In this document: positions 13,246 to 28,872 of the stretch, piece after piece
Layout: every line of letters begins with the position of its first letter
How positions within the stretch are numbered: the stretch's first letter is position 1
Assembly (NCBI GenBank): GCA_951406725.2
Contig: OX597837.1
Coordinates: forward strand, 15,996,001 to 16,060,000
Origin: Octopus vulgaris
Lineage: Eukaryota
Reading direction: 5' to 3'
DNA length: 64,000 nt
Translations under genes and position numbers: made by a program
The notes under the pieces: model-generated
The model's input: only the letters and a program-made list of their open reading frames with translations
Databases searched by the model: none
What the model was told of the DNA's origin: nothing

Positions 13246-13639
13246 ATTGTACTTTCGTCCAAGCCTACATTTGGATTACTTGTTTTACTAATATTGTTGT
13301 TGTTGTTGTCGTCATCATCATCATCATCATTACCGCCGCCATTCTTATTATCATTATTCATATCAACGTTCGCATTTCTTGTACCCCTTTCATGTTCCGC
13401 TTCACAGGGTTCCTTAATCCCGTTACTAGTATCGATAGAGCCATTAATGAGTTTCACCTCATTAGATTTAATATTCTCATCAATATTATTATTATTATTA
13501 TTATTATTTAAAATGCTTACGTATTTTTAAATATTTGCGTTTTTTCAAATATTAAATATTTATATGTTTATATGCTTGTATGTTTTTAATACTACTATTT
13601 CTCTCTCTCGCATACAAAAAACATTACACATCCATGCAT

Positions 13640-13780
13640 TCACACACATATATGCGACGGGCTTCTACACAGTCTCCGTCTATAAAATTCACTCCCAAGG
13701 CATTGGCCGGTCCGGGGTTGTAGTAGAAGACACTTAACCGCTCACTGGACTCGAGTCTCGAAACCACATGGCCATGCTCG
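13640..13780 (-). mobile_element. OR-like SINE 5' fragment
   Basis: GCGACGGGCTTCTACACAGT...TAGTAGAAGACACTT, homologous to 1195-1556. Confidence 0.65.
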
Positions 13781-14517
13781 CGCCTCTCTGTGTGTGCGTG
13801 CATGTGTGTATTGCATGTACATAACATATAGGTGTATACATTATAGAAGAAGAAGAAGAAGAAGAAGAACGTTAATGTGCTGGGTATTTTTTGTGGCAGG
13901 TGTACTGAAGATGTTGGCAGATAGTGTATGAGAATTAAGGAAGCTGCTGCGCTTGGTCTGGTACAATTCATGGTTACCAATTCTTACGGAGAGGAAGAAG
14001 TTGGCGGCTGAGAACCGAAGTAATTTAAGAATTTCCCGTGGGTCAGTAAAACAAAGTCCCAGTTAAGTGCTGAAGTCGAGGGTAGGAACCAAACCCTTTC
14101 TCTCTAAATTCTTCATCTTGTACTGAAATCAGAAATTCTTGTTGTTATTGTTGTTGTATTTTGTCTCGACAAAACGAGTGAGTGATGCGTCGCTCGTGTA
14201 ATTCATCGGGTTTCATGCTAAACGAAACGAATATTTTGCGTGAAATATATTCTTAGATAGGTAGACATTTATCATTGGTATATATTATTTTTCTCTTCAC
14301 GAAACAATTGTTTTTTTTTTTTTGTCTTCCTCAAACATTTTAAAGATTTCATCTAAAACAGCACATGCCCCCCTCCCCCCCCAAAAAAACTACAAAAAAT
14401 GAAGGGAAACGAAACGAAAGTCGTGTGAAGAAGATAACATATTTCTACTTACAAAAAATGCGCAGGAACACATGCAATTTTTCGCTGACATCTCCCACAG
14501 TAACAAACACACACAGA

Positions 14518-14564
<47 letters not shown>

Positions 14565-15434
14565 CCCCCCCACGAACAAACATTTTCAGCCAAAATTTTA
14601 ACACAGAAAATGCCAACAACAAAACATTCTTTTTTTGCTTCCGTTGGCAGCGAAAGAAAATTTGAAAATAAGTTGAATAGCGAAGAAGAGATTGGCGTGA
14701 CATAAATATGAACGAAATTAACTGCATTCTCACCCGCATCACTCATCCAAGAACTGGAAGACCTAAATCTACCTCAGTTTTGCAAAGAAATGCAGGGGTT
14801 TTCAATTGTTCTCAAAGGAACTGTTGAAGAATACTGAGGGCTATGTATGGAATGGTGAAGTCTCCGTCGAGCGTGGAGAAATATACGAGTGTATCTTCTC
14901 AATCCTGAGGACCGAAGATAAGGTAAAGCCACAAGCAGACGAATGTCCGCGGTAATACCGCGTTATATGAATCATCGCAACACAAATGTGATATGCGTGT
15001 GTGTGTGTACACATATGTATGATCACATATTTATATATATAGCAACACGCAGGTACGTACACACACCCTTGCGCACAAAAGTCTGTTGCGTATATTATAT
15101 ACCTAAAAATTCACATTCGTACACACCATCACTACATACCTACACCCACACCACACACACATATACGCACACACACATATACGCACACACACATATACGT
15201 ACATACACACATTCATCCACAATTACATGGAATTCGATACTATAATTTGCGAAGTTTCGTAAAGTCGTTAAAATATCTTCAAGCTGTAAATGGCCATTTT
15301 ATGATAAGCGAAGAACCGTGATTGGCAGAAACACTTGAGACACAGAAGCCCTTAACAGATCAATTAAAACTGAGGTAACAAGAATAAGAACAAATGGTTA
15401 TGAGATTTTGGAGGAGGGAAGAAAGAGGCGCAAA

Positions 15435-15765
15435 CGTGACTGGTCTTGGGTTCAGTCCCACTACTCGGCATCTTGGACAAGTGTCTTCTTGTATAGTTCC
15501 GGGCCGACCAAAGTCTTGTCAGTGCGTTTGGTTGATTGAAATTGAATAGAAGTCCGTTGCGCGCGCGCGTGTGTGTATATATGTATATATATATATCAAA
15601 GATAACCGTTGTATAGATATGTGTGTGTGTCTGTATGTTGTGTCCGACCCATTTGGCAGCTGGTGTTGGTTAGTTTATGTCCCCGTAACATAGCGGTTCG
15701 GCAAAACTATCGATAGTATAAGTACCGCGGTATCCCAGGATGGCCGCGATCAATTGACTGAAACA
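15435..15765 (+). mobile_element. OR-like tRNA SINE
   Basis: GGGTTCAGTCCCACT...CAAGTGTCTTCT...internal microsatellite...CAGGATGGCCGC..TGACTGAAACAA. Confidence 0.75.
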
Positions 15766-16207
15766 AATATACAGAGAGAGAGAGAGAGAGAGAGAGAGGG
15801 TGGGGGGGAGGCGAAACAGAAAACGACTCCTGATTCCTATTTGTTGACTGTCAATTTTTTTTTTTCTAATATTTAATATATTTTGTTTTCTTTACTGAAA
15901 ACTATTTTGAAAACGTTTAGTCTCTCCCTTCCCTCCCCCTTTCACTCTCTTCTTTTTATTTTCCTCTTCTTCATGTATTAGTTCTCCATCCTCTTCCTTT
16001 TCCTCTCACTTCCCTCTCTCTATTTCGCTTTACTCCCACCCTCCCTCATCTCCCCCCACCTCTGTTTTCCCTTCGTTTATAACTTTCACTGAAGTTTATT
16101 CAAATTATATTATTTGCAATACAAGTGTTATTTTTCTTCAAAGTTTTCTTTGGCTGCTCTCTCTCCCTCTCTCTCTCCCCTCTCTCTCTCCCCTCTCTCT
16201 CTCCCTT

Positions 16208-16253
<46 letters not shown>

Positions 16254-16666
16254 CCTCTCTCTCTCTCCCTCTCTCGCCAAGCCGCTCTTTGTTTGTCTTC
16301 TTCTTCCTTCCAAACGCATACCTATCATCTTACATCACTCTGCAAGCGACTTACACCAGTTTCGCTAATGCCGCCTCCGTTTCTCTCTACGTATAGATAA
16401 ATGCATGCGTACACACACACAGATACATACACACACACACACAGATACATACACACACACACACATACATACATACATGCATATATGCATGGACGTTCAT
16501 ATGTGTATGTGTGTATATATATATGCAAATATATTTGTGTACATACACACACATGCACGAATGTACGTGTTTACACAGGCACATGTACACATGCTCCGAT
16601 GTATGCACATTCATATGCATGATGTATGTGTATGCATGTGTGTGTGATTTGTTTCTGTATATATAC

Positions 16667-16712
<46 letters not shown>

Positions 16713-16829
16713 ATATATATTTGTATATATATGTGTATATATATATATATTTGTATTTATATATATGTATATATATATCGTTCACTTTCCCTCGCCCATC
16801 TGCACAAAGTTTAATGTCTGCCAATAATG

Positions 16830-17240
16830 GTTTTGCGGCGAGGTGTCACCCTGACATGGCCGACACATTTGCAATACGCACTTGCACACGAGTTGCGCGT
16901 GCGCACAACAAGCACCTAATTGGCACCTCCGCCATTTACGACGATGATCGTTCCAGTTGATCCGATCCACAGAACAGCTTGCTCCTGAAATTAAACATGC
17001 AAGTGGTTGAGTACTCCACAGACACACGTAGCCTTAACGTTGTTCTCGGTGCGACACAGAATGTGGCGAGGCTGGCCTTTTCAACTACAGGGATAACTCA
17101 TTCTTGCTGGCTGAGTAGACTGGAGTAACGTGAATTAAAGTCTCTTACTGAAGGACACAATGCACTGTCAAGAATCGAACTCACGACCTTACGATCGGGA
17201 ATCGAATACCCTAACCACTGAGCCACGCGTCTTCACACAG
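16830..17240 (-). mobile_element. tRNA-derived SINE (third family)
   Basis: - strand head GCGTGGCTCAGTGGTTAGGG (A box)...GTGAGTTCGATTC (B box)...CACGTTACTCCAGTCTACTCAGC; related head at 47981. Confidence 0.75.
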
Positions 17241-19775
17241 CATTCCCCCCCCCAATTTTCCACAACCACTTTTTTACACTTTTTTCCTTTCTCTTTCACA
17301 AATGATTAAACAAATCATAAAACGTTTCTTTTAAACACTTGTGTTAAATCCATCAGATTCCACAAAGAGGCTCTCAGAAATTTCGCCTAAACCAAGACAT
17401 TGTTGGAACCAAATCTCCTAAAATCCGCTATTAAAAGGCTATAGAAACATTTTACAACTTTCTACCATTCCTAATAACTTGCAGAGTCTGATATAGCTGA
17501 TTGGATGATCAATGAGTTACTTTTATCCTCGTTTACCACGGGTGTTTGTTTTCAACACTGAACCAGTAATAAATGAATAATAAAACTTATGAGAAAAAAC
17601 CGGTTTCATTCCGACACCCCAAGTTGTCCTAAGCATTGCAGGTGGTTGCTGCGGACGCGTTTTTGCGGTCAAGCCGAATCTTTGATCGTTACCCCGTATT
17701 ATCACAGATCAGTTCGCTGGAAGCGTATCGTGTTTTGCAACTGAGCGTACCGTATTACCCGGGTCAGTGATGAATGAATCAGTGATAAACAAGGACAGAT
17801 ATACTTAGCGATTGTTTAATTCTTGGTGAGCTTTGATCCGTCACAACTATTTTGTAGAAGTTGTCTGACGATGTAAGTCGTGAGTTCGAATTGTCGAACG
17901 TCCCCTTTCTTTCCGAAACCGGTGTAATTAGATGATTTAGCTTAAATTTCTAGCAGCTTAAATTTCTAGCAGGTTGCTTGGTTCGTTTAGCGGGATGGAC
18001 ATGACTGGATTGCCTTTTATGATCGGCCTTCTCAATCGTTGGAAGATTTGGAGAAAGTACCGTATTTGAGAAAGTACCGTATTGCCTTAACAATATTATA
18101 GGTCTTTAGGGGAAATAAATGCATTAAAACCAAGTCACGGTATACATAGATAAGCACTGGGACGCTAAACCAGTTGGGCCCCTGGGCAACAGCTCAATGT
18201 GCCCATGACACAAGAAACCACTGACCCCAGGTCAGAACTGATCCAGCAGTCTTATGGTACGCAAGTAGCCATCCTAACAAGTGATTTGCGATCTACTTAT
18301 CTATTATTCTGGATATATTTCATTACACAAAATGCGACATTATTTTTCGATAACCACAATATATTGTTTCCACCAAGCTGAAGATCTTACTGCACACAAT
18401 GACATACAGTTTGTTGATTGTACAGAGGTGCACCGTGACATAATTTGCACCTATTTCACTCTCTCCACTGTCCAATTTTGTCTAAAAGTAGTTTAAAGGA
18501 CTGCAACCCAGCACTCCACTCCACTCCACTCCTGTTGCATGAAAATGAATTTAAATGGTGCTCGAAATATCCTTTATAAAACAATAAGGAAAAAAAGAGA
18601 GAAATGACAAAAGAAAATATATTGAAAACATGAAAGAAACCAGTAAAGTTTCTGACGAAGAGGTGTAAAAGTATTCCTTAAATTCCGCCAAGTTTGACGT
18701 CAAACATCTCCGTCGCCACCGCCGTCTCTTTCACCGCTCATATGGTCGTCTGCCAGTTTTTATTTCCGCCATTAGTTCACAGTGCTTTCTGCTGAACTAA
18801 TCAACATTCTCGTTCCCCAAAAAGATAGCAATGTCGGTGTTGAGAGCCGAGATTAAAGGAGGGGTTTGTTTTACATTAGACGATTCACAAAGGATTGGTT
18901 TTGATAACGATGTGTTTGTCGAACTCTTCCAATTTTCCTCCTGTGAAGTTGTTTATATTATTGTTAGTGTTTGTTTTTATTGTTAATGCTTCCGGTTCTT
19001 TACGTTCTGGGTTCAAAACCCACCGAGATCTTTAAAGCTTTATTATATGTGCTTCGAGATCCAGTTGTGAAAAATAAATATATCACTTTCTCTCGAACAT
19101 CTTAAGACATCAACTACACACACACACACACACATGCACACACACATACACACACACATACACGCATACAGGCACATGACTTATATTGGTCCATTCACAT
19201 TTATTGAAACCTTTCGTAGTAGTAACTTGCTAAGCAGTATTTCCGTTGACCGTCAAAGTGAGTACTCAGTCATTGATGAATTCCTGATATAATTACAAAG
19301 TGTCTACATCTATCTCTTACATACAGTGCTGTCTAAAATCTATAGATATATTCTGCAGTATACAACAATGGAGTCTGGATTGGCCCACGATTCCATTTCC
19401 TTCATGCATGAATATGGAGTATTGAATCGATGCCCGAAAAATCAATACTGGTCTTAAACATCCATTGATGACGAAAAATAAATTGATATTTTGTTCAAAC
19501 CTCTATTGATGAAAAAAGAGTTGCCCAGCGTTTGTTACTGTTTGACCTTTGGTTAGTCTCGATCAAGACGAGCTATGAATGAGTAGAGTCATTAGAGCAG
19601 CGGATAAAGTGCTTTGCGGTATTTACTCCGGTTCTCTACGTTCTGAGTTCAAAACCTACCGAAGTCCACCTTACCTTTAACCCTTTCGCTTGGAATATAG
19701 TCCGAGTGCCCAGGGGACGGCAACCCGAAAAAAGTTTGCGAGCCGCTGAACTAAAGTTCTTCTTAGATTGATCGG

Positions 19776-19834
19776 TCCTTGGGTACTTCTAACTGACGAG
19801 ACACAACGATGTCGAAACGTCGGATGTCCCAGGA
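19776..19834 (+). ncRNA. Type I hammerhead ribozyme motif (minimal palindromic stem III)
   Basis: CUGACGA-GACA(CAACGA)UGUC-GAAA-C-GUC; bulged stem I UCCUUGGGUACUUCU/GGAUGUCCCAGGA with 2 extra A before the core. Confidence 0.6.
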
Positions 19835-20489
19835 TCACTTATGCTAATGAGTGGAGTGTGTTTTGAACACATATTCGTCGTAAAGAGGAAGTTGTACACT
19901 TGTGACGAAACAACAACAATTAGCGTATTCACGTTCAAGTCTTCTGGAACGGGTTAAGAATAAACATGAAAGTTATCATAATGATCCTCGCTGTTCAGCG
20001 TGCATACGACGATTTATTTTCGGCGGACAGATATTAGCACGGATCAGCGAACAATTTGTTCGCTCAAGTTATAAACAACAACATCGACTTTTGCGTGATT
20101 CACTCATCCGGGCTGACTCAGGATGACGAAACACGGCGATCGAGTGTGTTGTCAGGTTCGAATCAACCGGAATGGATTAGAGACAGCCATGCATGTCATT
20201 GCTTTGATTATCGCTGTTCACCGCGCATTTGACGATCTGCTAATAATGTATAGGGTTTTGATTGTTTATTCAATGAACCATAAAAACAGAAATTAAGACG
20301 GAAGTGTTTGTAGTCACAGGCGCCTTCATTGGCGCATAAAGTATTATTAATAGTCAAAGGTATGCTGTTTTATCTCTATAAAATATACCATAAAGCGGTA
20401 ATTAAATCGGTTTGATTAATCTTGGTAGTCACTTATATAAAACGTTGATTTAATTGTAAAATAGGAGAAAATAGCAAACGGTTTCTATG

Positions 20490-20969
20490 TGCGGTGAACT
20501 CCCTCTTATCAGGTACTCAAATAACCGGGACTTTCAAACAACCAGCATCAAGAAAAAAAATTAAAATATGTTGTTAATTAGAGTGAAGAAAATTTATACT
20601 CATTTGTGTTAATTAATCTTTATTAAAAGTAAATTTCTATCGTATCTAAACTGGATTTCTATTGTATCTAAACTTGCTCCTCAGAGTTCAGCGCAATATT
20701 GTATTGGACTGTATTTGCGACGCCTGTAATTTATTAGGTTAATAAAGGCTGTTCTTGGCTTTAATTATATTTTTATTTCTTCCTATTTCTCTCATTTCCA
20801 TTTTATTCAGGATATTGATGGTAACACTGACGGACATATTATAGGGTTTTAATGACCTTCTTCTAAGATGCTTTGGTCATATAAAGATTGATGATCACAT
20901 ATCCGAAACATTCAGTCGTCCCACAATCCTCTGCTTCCGGTAATGCACGATAGGAGGGAGGTTAGTGTA
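20490..20969. mobile_element. Possible old pogo/Tigger-type MITE
   Basis: Degenerate inverted ends GTGAACTCCCTCTTATC / GATAGGAGGGAGGTTAGTGTA and subterminal AACCGG-like repeats. Confidence 0.35.
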
Positions 20970-20987
20970 TTGACAATTCTACAGATA

Positions 20988-21281
20988 CAGGTGTGGGTAT
21001 GTGAATAAGAAGCTTGATTGTCAACCATATGGTCATGGGTTCTTTCCCACTGCGCGGCACCATGGGCAAGCGCGCAAGCGCGTGCGTGTGTGTTTGTCCC
21101 CCAATATCGGTTGACAATTGGTGCTGATTTGTTTACGTATCCTTAATTTAGAGGACCAGCTTAAGAGACTGGTAAAATGTACCAGACTTTAAGAAAAGTT
21201 CTGAGGCTAATTTGCTCGACTAAAATCATTTCAACACGGTGCCCCAGTTTGGCCGCAGTCTAGTGACCGGTACAAGATAAA
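20988..21281 (+). mobile_element. OR-like tRNA SINE, degenerate
   Basis: CAGGTGTGGGTATGTG...GGGTTCTTTCCCACTGCGCGGCACCATGGGCAAG...GGTGCCCCAGTTTGGCCGCAGTCTAGTGAC. Confidence 0.7.
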
Positions 21282-21561
21282 AGACAAACTTGTGTCTACG
21301 AACAGAAAGGACTTCCTCGAGACATTAATTTTGAGTGGGAGAAAGGAAGATATGGTTGCTATTTCTGGCATTTTGCGAAACCACGTAGGAGCTCCAACCC
21401 GTCGCTGCTTTGCAGGAAGAGAAGTTCTTTGAAACATAAGTCACACGGTAGACGATGTTCGGTGCATAGTTTTGCTGAAAATCTTGGCACATCTGGTCAT
21501 TTCCTCATGAATAGAAATAAAGACGACCCCCTATCTCACGAAAAGAAATAAACCTAGCGTC

Positions 21562-21625
<64 letters not shown>

Positions 21626-22285
21626 TGATAATAATAAATTACTTGGTTCGAGCCCAAATAAAATACCAACGAGATGTTGCGTTCAATGTCAGGATGAGAC
21701 ATTTTGAAGAAGTTTTTTTCTTCTGGTCCCAGCGGTGGAAAGAAAAATAGAAGAGAAAAAGAAAAAGAAAAAGAATTGAAGCAAAACACAAAACCAAACA
21801 AAAAGTAAAAACCTGACAAACAGTAAAAAAACTAAAAGAACAAAAATGTCGGTGACGAAAACAGAAAACATCTCTTTCATCTTTTGCCGACATCCGGGTA
21901 TCGATGTACTTGTTGGTATCGTTGTTGTTGTTGTTGTTGTTGTGGGTGTCGTAAGATGGCCTGAAATTTTGTTTGTGCGCTTTTTTGTGCTTTTTTTACT
22001 TGTTTGTTTTCTCTTTTTTTGTTCGTTGGTATTTGTTTTGTTCGTTCAAATGTGTTCTTTAGTGCAACGCTACCTCGTCAAACTAACGATGATGATGATA
22101 ATAATAATAATAATAAGATAATGGTAGTTGTGGCGGGGGGGGGGGGGGGGGGGGCTACGTTCAATTTATTTCTTCCCCTTCTGCTGTGCAACAACATACG
22201 GCTAGACAATATGTTTGAGCAACGAAGCGTGAAGTGTCTGGAACAAGGTGGAATCTTTTAGACTGCTAACGTAAACAAGCAGGAT

Positions 22286-22324
<39 letters not shown>

Positions 22325-22476
22325 TAACACCAACCAAAATACCCCTATCTCTACTGCCAGACATTTCAACACCGCCATCACCATTGCAGTCATCGTCGTA
22401 GGTGACGTCATCGTCAACATCATCATCATCACATGTTCGGCCATTTGTCTTAGCCACCACGCTCATCACTACGCCG

Positions 22477-22512
<36 letters not shown>

Positions 22513-22869
22513 CATATATATATATATATAGCATATATATATATACCATATATGTGCGTGTGCGTGCGTGCGTGCGTGTGTGTGTATGTGTATGTACATA
22601 CATAAGTATTTATAAATATGTATATGTGTGTATGTGTGTGTGTGCATGTATATATATAGATGTATATATATGTACATAAGTATCTACATATGTATGTAAG
22701 TTTGTATGTGTGTTTTATGATTTTGGTCAGACAGCGATACGAATGACCAGTTGTTGGAACTGAATATTCATGTTTTAGAGCAAAGCGCTCCGAGAGTAGA
22801 ACGCGGAATTTTAAATGACAAGAGAACATAAGTCATGCAATCATCTTCTTCAACTAACAGCTGTTTTGT

Positions 22870-22935
<66 letters not shown>

Positions 22936-22959
22936 AGGGACTCACTCCATTGTCGTACT

Positions 22960-24055
22960 CATTCCATTTGAGATATGACAAGTTCTCTAAGTGTTGTTGT
23001 TGTCTGTTGGCTGTGTCGCTTGACGACAGGTCGTGGTGCATTCTGTGTGTCAAATCTATAATTGAGCTGGTGATTTGAAGAAGAAACAGTGTGAGTTAGT
23101 GCTATCGAGGACCATATCCTTTTCTAGAATCATTGAAGCTGGATACAGGAAGGTGACAGCTTTGTATGACGAAGTCATTCCATTTGTGGGGTTGGATTTC
23201 GTCGTTGGTACGATTAACCTAAAGATGTTCTTTTTACTGTATATTTCTGATTTTGTCTGACCCACAATCTTTTTGCGGTTTGATATTCCCATATTGCAGG
23301 GTTGGTATCAGACGGAAGGAAAGACTTGGCTTGGAAGTCGCATGTCTTCTAACTGAGTCCCTTGTCTTTATTTTGCGGTTTTGGTGGTTGATTTTCGAGA
23401 AATGTCCAATAAGCGCATTTCCTTGCTGTTGCATTGTGGGTATGTTCAAGTCCGATACGTGGCATGAGATTTGGTGTGACTCTGTTGAAGTTGTTATTGA
23501 TGATATTGATGATGATGATGACGATGATGATGTTTTCTGGTTTTCTACAGTTTTCCCTTTTCTCCCTTTTTGATCGTTTCCTTGTTCGACTGTTATTTAC
23601 TGCGTTTCATTTCAGTTGTGTGGGATGCCGGTGCATTATGTTCGAGGTGGTCCCTTGGTTCTTTTCTTTTTAAGAGATTTTTTTTTATCTCTGATATATA
23701 ATTGGGGTTGTAGTATTTTTATATTGCCCCGGGGGATGTGCTTCTCAGTGCATCTGTAATTCTTTCGCTCAAAAGCATGTCGTGCAGTGTCTATATTCGT
23801 GATTAGGACGTTGCTGGATTCTTCAAGTCTTTAATTCTGTTTGTTGGAGGAACTCATTCCACTTTGCTTCTTTGAAGTTTGAAAAAGTGTTTTTGGCTTT
23901 CTTCACCGATGTATGAGTGCGTTGTATTATAATGATAAAGGGTGGATGGTTTCAGGGAAGATAGAGGAGTTCTTGCCAAGTGTTTGGGGTAGCTAGGTGA
24001 GAGGGGAGAGGGATGTCTGTGGATGAGATTCTGTAGCTGGATTGAGCAGGTGTAT
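22960..24055 (-). mobile_element. Ancient I/Jockey-type LINE ORF2 remnant (EN end, linker, RT start)
   Basis: SSTDIPL..LATPNTW..P*NHPPFII (SDH-like), FSNFKEAKWNEF (NFKKADW-like), IVPTTK..SSYKAVTFLYPASMILEK (YRPISLL-like). Confidence 0.6.
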
Positions 24056-24290
24056 GTTGTGTGTGTGTGTATGTGTGTGTGTGACTGTGTGTGTTTGTTT
24101 GTGTGTGTGTGTATGTGCGCGCGTGTGTGCGTGCGTGTATGTTTGGTGGGTAGCTGAAATTTGGCGAGACAATGACCTTTGCTATATAAACATTATTTTA
24201 TACAGCATGTAACCTCAATGCTTTCCGACAAGAGTCTCTCCCAACACTCCCTCCATCCCCACCTCCCTTCTCTCTCACACACACACATCC

Positions 24291-24605
<315 letters not shown>

Positions 24606-24943
24606 ATACAAATACATATAGACACACACACGCACACACATATATTCCATAAGGTAGATATTTTCCAGTACTGGTATAATAATACTGATGCGATGTATTT
24701 TTTTGTATATCATAAATATTGCAGCATTAATCTTCTGGTAAAATGTTGATGAAACAATTGTACAATTATGCAATGAAATGAATTTCCCACTTCATTCTCT
24801 TCCTTAATATAAGGAAGGAATATATGAAGGAATAGCGTAAAAGTCATAACGTTTCGGAAATAGTCCTTCAACTGATATTTGAGGAAAGAAGGAAGAGAAA
24901 AAAGAACATAAAAAGAGTGCCAGGAAAAAACGGTCATGGGGCG

Positions 24944-27172
<2,229 letters not shown>

Positions 27173-27229
27173 TGTGAATATATATATATACACGCACATA
27201 AACACATACAAACATGCTAACATACACAA

Positions 27230-27570
27230 TCCCACAAAGAAGGTGATTATGGAGAACTGCTTCGAAATCTTCAGCTTCTATATCCGGATTACAAACTTGC
27301 ATTTATACCAGTAATTATTGGAGCCGTTGGCTTTATAAACGAATGCCTAACTGCCAGTCTGGATAAGCTTGCATTTTGAGAAGAAGAAATCAACCAACTG
27401 ACTCTCACAATACGAATACAATCTGTAAGCGGAACAGTGAAAGTATGCAAGACTTTTCTCAGGTTTAAAACGTGCCAATGCTTTTGTCATCTACATTCTA
27501 AAGATGGATCTTTGTAGCTTTGTTAGAAACCAGCTCCTTTAGAAGAATTTAAACGATTAAATACAGAAGA
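27230..27570 (+). mobile_element. Dong/R4-like (restriction-like endonuclease) LINE 3' end
   Basis: [38 protein letters not shown]...IQSVSGTVKVCKTFL matches the K..KY..L...PV.IGA.G C-terminus of RLE LINEs; short 3' UTR follows. Confidence 0.75.
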
Positions 27571-28021
27571 CACATGCATATATATATTTACATATACATA
27601 TGCATACATATATATCATATATACATATATTTATGTTTGTGTGTATGTACATGTGTATACATCTATGTGTGTATGTATATATATATATATATATATATAA
27701 TCAAAATAAGCAACAAGGATATCCAAAGTGTGTGTATGTGTGTATTCACACAAATATTCTTATGCGTGTATGTATGCTTTGTCTTACTTTAGGCCCCAAC
27801 GTATCGTAGGGGTGTCATCGTTACATTTGACGTATCTCGGTCCTCTTAAAAATCCGGAAGAACGCACTCTTCTCCAGGTCTGACAACAGCTGGCCCCTAT
27901 CCCCACCCCTTTAGTGAGAGGTAGACACGAAAAAAGAGCGATTGAGAGCGAAAAATCGACCCCAGAAAAGGAGTAATACTTTATTTAATGATGACCCCGA
28001 AAGGATCAAGGGCAAAGTTAC

Positions 28022-28064
<43 letters not shown>

Positions 28065-28139
28065 ATTGCATGTGTGTATATATGTATGTATTTAACTGCC
28101 TGGCAGGCCATCTGTCTGTCTGTCTATCTATCTATTTCT

Positions 28140-28237
<98 letters not shown>

Positions 28238-28872
28238 GTACATACATACATACATCTGTTATCTCACTTAAATGAGACTTTGAACAAATGCAAACACGCA
28301 CGCCCATACTCATATGCAGACACACGCACACACACACACACACATACACTCACACAGACCAGCACGCACACACGCCCACACTCTCACACACACAATGTAT
28401 GCAGATATTTCGTGAAGGTAGTAGTATGGTTGGTGTCGTTACGTTACTGCTGTTGTCAACGAAAGTAGTAGTAGTGGTGGTGGTGGTGGTGGTGGTGGTG
28501 GTGGTGGTGGTGGTGGTGGTAGTAGTAGTGGTGGTGGTGGTGGTGGTGGTGGTGGTCGTCGTCGTCGTCGTGGTGATGAAATCAGCTAGAGAAGGCCATT
28601 TTGGATGAAGTTAACGGAAATTAAAAATCAAGCTTTATGTTAAGAAAATAGCAAATGTATGAGAATAGGTAATTGGGTGTGTGTGAAGTAACATGGCCAC
28701 CACGCTCACAGGTTAAAGGTCATTAGTTTTACATTCTCTCTTTCTTACACTTCTTCTCTCTCTTTATCTATCTATCTATCTATCGTTTTGTTGTTTTTGC
28801 AAACCTGTCGCTTCAGAATATTACATAAACACAGATCTTGTTACCAGAATAATGGTTTCCGTTTAATTCAAG

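Larger units (their letters stand above)
8590..13592 (-). mobile_element. Penelope-like retroelement (5'-truncated, inverted pLTR arm), interrupted by a Tx1 LINE
   Basis: GIY-YIG remnant at ~13245-12890; ~85-bp inverted repeat 8803-8888/13506-13589; candidate 8-bp TSD TACTATTT at 8582-8589 and 13593-13600. Confidence 0.7.

Noticed and set aside
17865-17905. CTGACGA...GAACGTC hammerhead-like order
   Set aside because: GAAA incomplete, poor stem II, no stem I
19711-19748. hAT-like TIR pair CAGGGGACGGCAACC/TTTGCGAGCCGCTG
   Set aside because: Only 38 bp long, imperfect and without an 8-bp TSD
22202-22444. Poly-Leu or TM-like ORFs on both strands
   Set aside because: Produced by (CAG)n and (ATC)n repeats; no homology recognised
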